DNA from: Cystobasidiomycetes sp. EMM_F5
Taxonomy: Eukaryota
DNA length: 20,000 nt
Assembly (NCBI GenBank): GCA_051047955.1
Contig: JBPGPT010000056.1
Coordinates: forward strand, 45,203-65,202
Direction of reading: 5' to 3'
Shown here piece after piece: positions 7,871 through 19,085 of the stretch. The position numbers and the translations under genes are program-made. Numbering within the stretch: the stretch's first letter is position 1; each line of letters begins with the position of its first letter. The notes below the pieces were generated by a model. It did not search any database and was not told the DNA's origin. It saw nothing but the letters and a program-made list of their open reading frames with translations.

Positions 7871-10800
7871 ATGCCGTCTTCTGTTGTCGCAGAGGGCAAT
7901 ACTCCTGCTGATAACGGAGGTCATCCTCTCCACACCCATGTCTCCATTCTCCCACCCTTAGAATTGTATCTCGATGACGCTCCGGAGCGTCCCCCTCTCT
8001 GGACGCGAATCTGGGTCATCACAAAACGCCTCCTCCCCTCTGTGACTGCAATCTTCCTGGCATCCCTTTTCACTGCCGTCAGACCCATTGCATTCCTCAG
8101 CGGGACAGCCTCGTTTGCATTTCTCATCCTCGTGGCGTACACCCTCTTCTATCATGCAGGAGGAGCGACCGTCGGAAAACACATCGAGACTACCGTAATC
8201 GGCCTGGCTGGTGCCGCTGTCGGAATGGGCTGGTCAATCTTGGCCATTGAGTTGGGCTGTATATCCAACAGAAGTGCAGGCAATCTGGATTCGATCGGAG
8301 CGCGGGCCATTCCAGCGGTGTTCCTTGCAGTTGCCAGTTTTGTCGGTCAGTGCAAATGGGTACAGGAGCAGTCGTGTCGTGTACATCTGACGCTTTGCAG
8401 CCGGCATGTTACGTAGTCGCTTTCCGATACTTTCTTTCGGATGTCTATTGTGCATGTTTGTGGTCATATGGCTCTTGGGCACTTCTGTTACTCTTGACGA
8501 GGTAGGTATGTCGCAATCCTATGCACAGCGGCCTGGCTAAGATAGTCTCGTCAGATTGACTGGCCAACTATTCTGGGAATGACGTACAGCATTGTCTTTG
8601 CGGCCGCTTTGTCGCTACTGTCGGTCCTGGCGCTCTTCCCTGTTACAGCTAACGCAGTCCTCGCAAAGCAGCTCAACACGGCCTTATCGACGGCTTGCTT
8701 GCTCCTCCTCGCTTCCGTAAGGTATCACGAAGCCATCGCCGACGACTTAAACACAAAAGTGCTCCTAGAATTGTTTGAGCACGTCACGAAGACACGCGCA
8801 GATTTGGCGGAACAGGCGACTCGCCTGCAAACGACCTTCCACGATACCAGATTCGAGTTGACATACGCTCTCCTACCGCCAGACGGATACGGAATGTTCA
8901 TCAGGGCAATCGATGCTATTCGAACAATATTAGCATCCCGATTCGGCATCGAAGCAGCGGATGATGCGGACAAGGCCGCACGAGCAGAAAATGGCGTCTC
9001 GTGTCTTCGTCGCGAGACGGAGTTGCGAAAGAGCACCGATCAGCTAGTCTCGGTAATTATGAGTAGCATACAGTACACGCGGAAAGCCCTCGCAGACGCT
9101 AGCGGAATAAGCAAACAGCCAATACTTGGGGCAGAGTCTCCGATTCTAGCGAGCTCGGCAGCCGCAGCAATGTGGGCGGGCTTACCTGGCAAGGGCGAAT
9201 TGACAAGCCGACGCTTACAAGACGTACTGCAAAGCGATATAGAAAGTCTCAGGGCAGCAATGGACCGCGAGGTTCTTGTTTGTTTGCGCCGAGCCACTTT
9301 GTCTGAACACGGCGCAGTCTTTCAGCCGCAGTACTTCAAGGATTACTTGCTGCTCACATCTTTGCTGGACCTCAGCTCTACAGTAGACCATATGCTTGCA
9401 TCTGCTGCAAGCTTGCCACGTTCTGCTGAGGGGCATCGCAAGCGCCTTTGGCTTTCTTGGATAATGACATCGCACAAAGCAAGGCCGAGCAGCGATGACG
9501 CTGCCATGGAAGATTCCGGTTAGTACATTGATGCTGAGTGTTGAACGTATTCGTTGATACGGATCTTGCATACATAGAGGCTGACTTTCAGGAACAACAA
9601 CGAGATGGAAGACATTCTCGGCAGCGGCGGTTAAGCGTGGTCTCGACATCTTCGCCTGCCATCAAGCCGGACTTCCCCAGGAAGTCTCTCTCCCGGCGCC
9701 TTATGTCTGTTCCTGGCGAAATTAGTCGCCTTTTTCGCAATAGGATCAGCAGCCCCGTTGCTATGCGCAGGCGATTGGCATTAAGCTCGGTAATCAGTCA
9801 TATCAAGCACTCGCCACATCTGAAACATGGGATAAAGACAGCTTTCGGTCTATCTATGCTGAGTATACCTGGACATCTGGCGGAAAATTCAGCTGGTAGA
9901 GCCTGGTACACAGAGTCTCGGGCAAATTGGATCGGCATCAGCTTTCTCTACTGTTATCAGACCACCACTGGCGCCACTTTCCGAGTTGCTGTCTATCGAA
10001 CGCTAGGAACCCTCCTTGGTGCGCTATACGCCTTAGCTGGACATGCAATATCACAAGGCAGCCCATATGGCCTCGTTGCTTTCATGACTGCGCAAAGCCT
10101 GTTCACAGACTATTTGATCGTATTTCGCCCTCGATTTGCGAATCTTGGCACGGTTGCGTTAGTTTACCCAAAGCCCTAACCCATCCGTAGCTAATGTTCC
10201 AGCAACAGCCAAATTACCGTGCCTGCTATCTTGTGGATTCCGTACCTCGGTCTCTCAACGACAAACGTTGTAAGCTGTTGAAACGTCTAATGTCGTTACC
10301 GTAGCCGACTGACGTATAATCTGAAGGTTACTCTCGCTTTCACCCGTGCATACGACATTGAGATCGGTATACTTGCAGCCTTGATTATTTCAGTGTCAAT
10401 CTGGCCCTATCATGCTAGGTTGGAGCTCGTACGTAAGTTTGGCAAGATCAGCGACAACATAGCAAAGTTGTATTTGTCAATGTCGACAGATAACTTGCGT
10501 CACATCGACTGTGATCATTCGCGAAAGGTTCATGAGACGATGTTGCAGCAATTCACTTTGCTGGAGCGCAGGATACAGCACGATCTCATTCGCGCCAGAT
10601 CGCTGTGCACAATCCTGCACCTCGAGTTGGCTCTAATACCCATACCAACTGATCAACTCAATCGTATCGCCAGCGTAATGGATAGGTTGTCTGGCCTCTT
10701 CTTTGGACTCAGATCAACGCGCCTGCATATACCGAGGGAAGTTGCAGTTCTAAGCGTCTTGCCTCATCGCGCAGACCTGGTCTCTGCTGTTCTGCTCAAT

Positions 10801-11175
10801 CTCCATGCCATATCGCACGCTTTTTACATGCATGCTCCGCTGCCTCAATTTCTGCCGGACGCACGGTCAGCTCTTCAGAAGTTGATTATGGCCGTTCAAA
10901 CACATATCAAGACTTATGCACAGCGGAATGACCTGCAAGATCGCGGTAATCTTTGCGCAACATCAAAGCAGGAGTTGGTTGATGAAAGCCAGCCACAACA
11001 TGTTGCCGAATCTGATTTGGCCCGTGCGACGGTTTACATCCTGGCAGAGAGCGAGGCTCTGTCACAGATAGTTGATTCGGTGGAGAATTTGCTGTCCTTA
11101 ACGCGCGAACTCTATGGGGTTGCCGATTTCATCCAGGCGGAAGAGATCCCACTGATGACATTGAGGCCTGGCTAG
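7871..11175 (+). CDS. Aromatic acid exporter (ArAE/FUSC_2; fungal Bre4/YGL140C-like) multi-pass membrane protein, paralog A, ~1009 aa, 6 exons
   Basis: Exons 7871-8345, 8401-8501, 8555-9518, 9578-10157, 10209-10269, 10327-11175 sum to 3030 nt. Two TM bundles are separated by helical cytosolic domains. Motifs: TRFELTYALLP, SPHLKHGIKTAFGLSMLSIP, TTGATFRVAVYRTLGTLLGALYA, FTRAYDIEIGILAALIISVSIWPYHAR, PLPQFLPDARSAL. Confidence 0.88.
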
Positions 11176-11503
11176 CAAGACCCCAGGCTGATATACCTAG
11201 ATCAATAATTCCATAAAACATGGGAGCTTGCCTTACCCTCGGTCGGAAGCCGAATGATGGGACTTGTTTGGCACCAAGGTGGCGGTCGACCGGTCACAAA
11301 ATTCCTTTTCACAGATGGCAGAGTAAATCTACGCTGCGGACACGCCATGTCAATTAATCGACTCAGCTGTCGGAGACCTCAAGACATTTGTTCATACCTC
11401 TCTTAGCAGCACAGCTGGAGAGCTGCGTACGGTAGACAAAGGCAGGGCAGTCCTCGGAAAACACTCAGGATTCAAGGTCCACTCAGGCAACTACCATAGT
11501 CTA

Positions 11504-14500
11504 ATGTCGGGCAATCGCCCTACCAATGATTCAGCACAGACCTTACTGGGAACGGAGTCGTTTTGGAAGCCAGCAAAGGCACACGAAGCCTATCAATGCG
11601 GTCTTCCGCCTCTGCCGCAAATCAGAAAGCAAGATCACGCTCGGACTTGGCGGGAGTCCAGCATACGACTTATCCGTCGCCTAGCGCCTCCGCTGCTTAC
11701 GACATTCCTAGCCGCAATATTTGTCGTTCTTGAACCGATCAATTCGCTCAGTGGTAGCGATGACTGGTCATCCCTGACTCTCGTGTTCTGCACTCTGACA
11801 TTTCACCACCAAGGCCGGACGATCGGCAAGATATTCCATCATACTTGTGAGCAAGCATGCTCGGCATTTGACTGCTGAGCTAAAATGTGCCCGATCAGCC
11901 ATAGGTCTAGTCGGTGGCCTGATAGGGCTCGGATTATCTGCGGTCGCAATTGAATTGAGCAGCTTAGCGGTTGATCGCGGCTATCTAATCGGTGGTCGAG
12001 CTATTCCGGCATGCGTATTGGCCTTGATGATTTTCGTTGGTCAGTCTAGCTATCAACCGCAGACCCCGCACACAACTAAAGTGCGCAATGACATGTGGCT
12101 CAGGAGGAGTCATCAAGTCTCGTTACCCAGCCATGGCAACCGGATGCCTGATGAGCGGCTTCATTGCAATATGGTTGATCGGGTACTCAACGGTTGAAAC
12201 TGAGGCAGGTCCTCCAAGGTTAGATTGATACTCCGAGCAGGGGCTAATCAGCCGCGTTCTAGATGCCAAGAGTATCGGTGCTCGGAATGCTATTCCCGAC
12301 TGTCTTCGCGGCCGGCATCTCCTTTTTCTGCGCAGCCATCATATTCCCCCGAACAGCACATGCTGCACTCTCTAGGCAGATGGAGACGGTTACGGATACA
12401 ATCTCGACGCTGCTACTGGCGTCATTGCATCTTTTCCAAGCCAGCGCACATGAAACTACACCCATGCAGATTCGACAAATGCGAGATCAGATACTGTGCT
12501 CTAGAGCTCGATTGGATCGGGAGATTGCCGTCCTAAAAACAGCCTACGAGGAGGCTAGATTTGAAATTACCTACGCTTTCATCCCTATACGCGCCTACGA
12601 GCCATTCGTCAAGCATTGCGTCGATTTGCAGGGTCTCTTGACATGTCGAACAGGCCTCGATGTTTCTCCTTTCGATATCATTGCAGTGAATGGCGAGGAG
12701 AAGACAAATATTCGGTCCTCGCATGTTGATGCGAGTGTACGGACTCTGGTAGATCAGCTCGGTCAGGCCAATCTGGCTGCGATTGCTTACACCCGCACGG
12801 CGATTGCGAAAGCCAGCAAGTCTCACTCTTCTTCCCCGGATCAAAGGACAAAAGCTGCTCTAGGTAGTAGCATCAACACCACTGCTCTCGGTGGCCTCGC
12901 CGCGCAAAGTCACTTTACACGCCAAAGGTTGCAGCGCGTTTTGACCGACGCGGTCGACAAGCTGAAAGACGGCATAGTCTCTAGTTTGGAGGAAGCCATA
13001 TCAGAAGACAGTGCTGCACAATCGGCACTCGAAGAACACCTTTTCCGCGAAAACACAATCAAAGACTGTTATTTCCTGACGTCTCTAGTCGAATTATCTG
13101 ATACGTCAGCAGAATTACTTTCGTTAGCTGAACAATTGCCGGACCCAGCCAAAGGGGCCCGCCGCCGGATCCGCCTACATCGCCCGAACAAAGCGTTCTT
13201 CAAGGCCCGACACGGAGCTGGAACTTATGCAGACTCTGATGACAGCGGTGAGTTTCAAAATAACTTACGTGAACTCGTGTCTCACAAGCGGAAGCCAGAT
13301 GACGACGAAGGTGAATACGAACAAAAGGGAAGGCGTGAACATGTTAGGCTGGATGGTCAAAAGCGATTTAACCGAACAGACATAATGCCAATACAGCATG
13401 TGGAACGTTCTTGGTCTTCGCTGACAACCTTACATACCCGTATCCACGACTCCTATAAAGCCTGGTGCAACAGCCCGGATGTTTTACGGAGACGCATACA
13501 GCTGAGCAAGGCCATACATCGCGTTTTCCGATCTCCACACCTAAAGTACGGCATCAAGGCAGCACTTGGCGTTTCTCTCCTTACTCTTCCCGGCCATCTG
13601 CCATCAGAGTCGCCAGGATACAAATGGTACAAGTCTTGTAAAGGCCAATGGATCTCGATCTGCTTCCTGTATGTGCTGGGCACTACGACAGCAGCCACCA
13701 ACAGGATTGCATTCTATCGGTCTGCTGGGACGCTTCTTGGCGCCTTCTATGGACTTGTTGGTCAGATTATCGTAGGAACAAATCCATATGGCCTCGTCGC
13801 AGTCATGGTGGTATCGTCGCTCGTTACGGACTACATGATACTGGAGAAGCCTCGCGTGGCCTACTTGGGGATTGTCTGGTATGTGCAGACCAGTATATCA
13901 CCTGTTTGGTTACTAACACGGACATAACAGGCAGATGACAGTGCCATCGATCCTATTTGTACCAGCGTTACAAATACCCTATTCTAGCATCGTGAGTAGA
14001 GGATATCCAGTATGATAACGATCTAGCTGTTGAACAAACTGAGCGCGATCTCGGCAGCTGGACGTCGCGCTTACGCGGGCTTACGACATCGAGATCGGTA
14101 TACTCGCAGCCTTGGTCATTACCAATTGCTTATGGCCATATCATGCTAGAAAGGAGATTGTCTCTACGTGTGCCAAAGCTGTGGATCGGATCGCTAGGCT
14201 GTTCTTGTCGATGTCGAAACAAAATCTGCATGCGAATGGTCAACCTGGTCCTATGGGTATCGAAGTAGCGCGTCAATTCGAGCATCTGGAACATAATATC
14301 AGTGTGGGTCTCAACTGGTCAATTGCGGAAAGGAGCTAAACTTGATGGGGCGCACTTAGACGATGGTCGGCCGCGGAAACAGCCTTTGCGGTATGCTGAG
14401 GCTGGAGATGTCCCTTTCGCCGAAACCTATAGCAGAATACAGGAGGCTGCTGGAGTCAATGACGGAGTTGGCAAGTCTCTTCGCTGGGCTAAGAAGTATT

Positions 14501-15148
14501 CGACGTCACATACCTCGCAAGTCGACTATTCTAGACGTGCTCCCGGAACGGACAGAAGTAGTCTCATCGATACTACTCTGCCTACACGCATGCAGTCATT
14601 CTTTGCATACGGGGTCTCCTGTGCCGCAATTTCTTCCTCAGCCGCGTTTAGCTCTCAGCAAGTTGGTGAGTGCTATTGAGGCTCACGTTGAACGATCATT
14701 CGCCGTTACCCGTGCATCGACCACTGTACTGGCACGTCGCGTATCAACAGACCCCGACCCTCCCGTAGCCGAGTCGATGCCGCAGGTTCTATTGTCTCTA
14801 CCAGACGGCGAATCCAAAGTCCCGGACTTCAGCCCAGCTTTCCACCTACAAAGACAAACGACTCAAACCTCCATCCCTTACAGTCGACAGAGCGGCAAAT
14901 TAGGCTTCAGTTTCGCATTCGCGCTCGCCGAGCATGAAGCTCTGTCTGAGGCCGTCGAAGCACTCGAAAATTTGCTCGACACCTGTCGTGATCTATATAG
15001 CGAAGCAACCTTCATACAGCCTGAAGACCTACCTGTGATCGATCTACACAGTCACTTAGCGACGCCGACTCCCGGCACCAGATCGAGACGCGGTAGCGAT
15101 GCGGCTTCATTCTATAGTGGTATATCGAGAATGCGCTCGCGCTCTTAG
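11504..15148 (+). CDS. ArAE/FUSC_2 (Bre4/YGL140C-like) membrane protein, paralog B, ~1081 aa, 8 exons
   Basis: Exons 11504-11846, 11899-12039, 12104-12204, 12263-13247, 13299-13878, 13931-13991, 14058-14303, 14360-15148 sum to 3246 nt. The protein is colinear with paralog A (ARFEITYAFIP, SPHLKYGIKAALGVSLLTLPGHL, FYRSAGTLLGAFYG, TRAYDIEIGILAAL, WPYHAR, PVPQFLPQPRLAL). Three internal exons have the same lengths as in A (101, 580, 61 nt). Confidence 0.88.
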
Positions 15149-15309
15149 CAGGCAGATTTTAACAATATTTGGTCTGACTCAAGCTCAAACTCATGTTTGT
15201 CCAAGCATCTCGTGTAGCTATTTAGTACAACGACACTTCTGTAGCCTCGACTGAGACTAGCTGATATCAAGAGCATACAGGTGTCATCTAGTCATGATGA
15301 AATTGAATG

Positions 15310-18004
15310 TCACGTCCGCCGTCTCTTGTTCGTTGCCGGTCCCTCGGCTTTTCGTCGAGCTTGACAGTCATCGCAGAACCATTCGCCTTTGGGTTCATTC
15401 GTGAGACCGACGCATGCCCAATGGAACCACTCTCGTGCGCAGTCCTTGTCGTCACAGCCAATCATGTTGCCGAAGGAAACGCGGTCGCAGTAACAATAAG
15501 TGCGCACATCATCGCCGCCTTCACCGTCACCTTCGAGGTCTCCTTGATCGTCGCCCTCGTCTATCTGGCCATCGGCATTCTCCATGTACTGGTCCTGTTC
15601 GACATCGCCTGGTCCGTACCCACTGGCTGTGTTACCTTGACCATAGTGCTCAGACTCCTGCTGCGGCACGTTCGAGTGATGGGTTTGCGGCGAAGCTAGT
15701 GCGCCCCTACTGCGCGAAGCTTTCGGAACGTACGCGTCTTGCATACCTGACCCACGTCTCTGCGGTACTTGAGCAAAAGTAGCTGACGTAGGCGTTCCAG
15801 CTCCCGATCCGCCTCCGACATCTGGCGATTCTCCGCTCCGTTGGCGTCTTGCACGAGACCGCTTCGCACCGTTGCCATTGGCTCCTCCATTTGCACCATT
15901 CGCCGCACGATGACTGGCTGTAGAGCCGCTGGGACTAGGCATGCCCGCACTTCCCCTTGTCGAAGCATGGCGATCGCGGCGAAGGCCTAGTGGAGCCACT
16001 GTATCTGCAATATCGACCCCGTCGCGGTCATTGTCAAGTGATCCATGCACAGATCCAGCGACACTTTGTCCGTCGTCGTATGCACCACCCGTTCGCTCCT
16101 TCTTTGCGTTACTTCGCCGTTTCTTGGGTTGAGGAGCCACCATGACACTTTCTGATGGGTGTGTGCCGATTGCTGTAGAAGAAGGGCCAGGAGCAGAGTG
16201 ATGGTGATGATGGTGATGGTGCCCATGCTGCGCTTGAGAATGAACATCGCCGGCATTTGCGGTGATTGTTGCGCCAATATAGTGCGACGCGACATTCGAG
16301 CTGAGGTGAGGGCTCGAGGCACCATAAAGGTGGGACACGTCACCAGCTCCAGCAGGAACACCTTGTGGCTTGACTGCATAGGGTATGAAGCCAGGATCGC
16401 CTGGTCGCAGCTGCTGGCTACCAGCTGAGGAGGCCTGAGCGTGAGCCATTTGTGCATCAAGCGCACCGAGAGGAGGAGGTTGACCGAGATAGCCAATAGG
16501 TATACCATTCTGAGTGTTGAAATCGCCATCGGGTCTGACTCCTTGCTGTGGATAAGCGACACCTGCGGCACCGACAAAGACTGAATTGCCCTGAGCCGAC
16601 ATGGGAATCGCTTGTCCATTGAACCCGCTGGGTGCTTCTTGTTCACCTGCCAAGGGTGTTCTGTCGCCGCTGCTGCTATCGGTATGCGCATTCACGCCAA
16701 GATGCGAAGCGTTCGACAAGCCACCGTTTGTATGGTAGCTACGGCCGTTGTACATTGGCGTGGATTCAGCGTCCACTGACATTCCAGCCATACTGTGGGA
16801 TGTCGTTCCTGCTACGCTCTTGCGCTTTCGAGATCCGCTGCTTGCTTCATTTCCGGCCGCACCGTGCCTTGATCTCTGCTTGCCCGCATGACTGCCCCTG
16901 TCTGCCCATGCTGATGATTTCAGCGGCCCTACTCTATTCTCCTGACGTATAAACGCTCGTGCATCATTTGGATCGGCTAGTGGTAGACCTTCGCGCGTAT
17001 ATGAGCGGACAGCATCTGCAGCGGCGGCGTAATTGACTGCATGGCGCTCACTGAGTCCCGGTGCGTCGTATGAAGGCGTAGGGTGTAGTCCTGATGCAGT
17101 CGGGTGTCCATAGGGCATTGCCGATGATGAAGCCTGCGGGTGTGCTAGAGATGGCGGATAGATGCCCGAGTTTGCAGAATAGCCCAAGCTGGCTGAAGTA
17201 TTCAAACCAGCAACGTGCGAAGAGTAGACGCCGCTCTGCTGACGGCCATAGACGTGGGATGCGGGGAGGTAGTCTGGTCTCCTGTATGCTGCGCCGGATG
17301 TGGATGCGGAAGCCTGGAAGAGCAGAGGGTAGCCGTGTGGCCAGGTCGGCGGGGGTATCGTCCCTCCCATAGACTGGGGCAGGAGAGATGTGAGCAGGTT
17401 GGCGAGCAGGTCCAGCTGATTTGTATGGTGTATGAGCTGTTCCGGAGCATGACCGTGGCCAAATGCAAAATGGGCAGAGATTCAAACTCCTCAGCACCGA
17501 TCCAAGCAGCACGGTATTACCACCACACACCGTCTCGCACGTCCCCGTCGCTACGCGTATCTTGTCTTCGCCGCCGAGCTTGAATGCTCTTGCCTCTCTT
17601 GCGATATCTCTGAGCAGCTCAAACCTGGCCAGCGGAGACGCGCCCTTGTCTTCTATGAGCTCGAGGAGCCTGTTTAGCTTGAGGGTGATGGTCTCCAACG
17701 ATCCAGACAGGACGGCGTCGAGCTCCCGGAGGTCGCTGATTGACCGGGTTATCGTTGGGGGAAGCGAGTCTACGCAGTCTCCAAACGAGAGGCACACTGA
17801 TGGTGGATGGTCAGCCATCATATCCATCATCATGGCTGCTCCTCGTCGCCCACAATGCGTAAACTCTGCCGCCGACTGGGCTTCCTGGCTGCCGGGGGTC
17901 AGTCCTGGCAATATTCCTGCATTTGCGAGTCCAGCTCCTGGCATTGCTCCTCCTCCTCCTCCATCTCCCGTCGTCGCAGCCGCAGTCGCTGCCCGAGTAG
18001 CCAT
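15310..18004 (-). CDS. ING (inhibitor of growth) family chromatin reader: N-terminal ING coiled-coil plus C-terminal PHD finger (Pho23/Yng-like), ~847 aa, 3 exons
   Basis: Exons 18004-17854, 17796-17531, 17436-15310. N-domain [23 protein letters not shown]...[67 protein letters not shown] is followed by a basic tail (KRRRT). The ATG at 18004 has a good context (aaactATGG). Confidence 0.93.
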
Positions 18005-18294
18005 AGTTTTCAGCGACGAGTTGTCGGGATGCAAAGGGCAAACAGGCAATAGCCGACATGAAACAAGAAGAAACGGCTTGCAAGAAGTACATTGCATTTG
18101 ATAGTCTTGACTTGTACTCTGCTTGTACTCTCTGATTCTCACTCATACTGCAGTCCCCTGCTTTCCCTACGTACCCTCCACCAACTGGGCAGAGATGACT
18201 CTAGTCAGCTCATGAGAGACCATGCAATAATTGGCACTACTCATCCACCACACATCTTGACAGCCACTACCAGATACCGCTCTCTCTCCTCGCC

Positions 18295-18872
18295 TCACTT
18301 TGAACCCCCACAGTCAATCCGCCCGCCGGGAACCCGATAATGGCCTACTCCGATGGCCTTTGCCGCCTGTAGAATCTCCATGTATTCGTGATACTCGTCC
18401 TCGGTCTCGAATATGAAGTCCGCGACAGACATGGGATGGCAGCTCTCGCAGTGGCACTGATGACCGGGCATGCCGTGTCCAAGACTTTATCGTAACAATG
18501 TTAGCGAAAGTACAATGATTTACGGAAATGATGACCTTACCAATACTGTCTAATCTCATTCTTGATTGCATCTTCATCCTCTGATCCGATATCGCTCCCT
18601 CCGGAGCTGCCGAGTGACGGGCTACTTTCCAACGACGGCGAAGGCGACGGGGAGGTTGTAAAGGAATCCGAGTAGGAGGAAGATGACGACGACGACGACG
18701 AGTCGACTGAGGATATCGAGCTGCTCGACGATGACCTGTGCTGCTTCTTTTTATTGCTGTTCCCGCTCAAGGTAGACGAGCTCGCAAACCGAAAGAGCGG
18801 GAGATTGGCTGGAGCAGGCTTGGATGAGCCTGATGGGCGTCTCTGAGTGTGCATGGACGAGGTGGTGTCCAT
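18295..18872 (-). CDS. Small orphan Ser-rich protein with a Cys/His cluster (~156-173 aa; an in-frame upstream ATG at 18974 is possible)
   Basis: Exon 18872-18541, a 56-nt intron with canonical donor and branch site (GTAAGG...GCTAAC...AAG, 18540-18485), then exon 18484-18295, which gives IRQYCLGHGMPGHQCHCESCHPMSVADFIFETEDEYHEYMEILQAAKAIG... A possible second 51-nt intron (18348-18298) sits just before the TGA. Confidence 0.7.
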
Positions 18873-19085
18873 GTTTGCATGCAAATACTTGGGTGGAGCA
18901 GATCCAAGAGTCGTCAGACTTGGTTGCAATTGCTCGACTAATGGATTAGTAAACCTGACAAAGCAGCCAGTCATCAGACGAAGCTTGTAAGATTTCGACT
19001 TGTTAATGCTGACAACAGTGATGCGGAAAACAGACAGCTACAGTGATGAGTAATGACAATCAGTCTGGACAGAAAGGCTAGTCCT

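Noticed and set aside
11166..11188. Short inverted repeat GCCTGG...CCAGGC around the paralog A stop
   Set aside because: A stem this short is expected by chance and is not mirrored in paralog B.
139..15148. Fragmented ORFs suggesting pseudogenes, frameshifting or an alternative genetic code
   Set aside because: Every break is explained by a short spliceosomal intron that restores the frame under the standard code.
15293..15310. ATGATGA box C-like motif (snoRNA?)
   Set aside because: I saw no suitably placed box D or terminal stem, and it runs straight into the antisense of the ING stop region.
15307..17583. Multiple antisense or alternative-frame ORFs over the ING gene
   Set aside because: Shadow ORFs of a low-complexity GC-rich exon with no independent coding signal.
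17048..18142. 364-aa minus-strand ORF as a stand-alone gene
   Set aside because: It is ING exons 1-2 plus unspliced introns running out of frame into exon 3. The part upstream of 18004 starts at a non-ATG codon and looks like UTR.
18314..18577. 87-aa ORF MKMQSRMRLD...
   Set aside because: It is an alternative frame crossing a canonical intron. The spliced frame gives a more coherent product.
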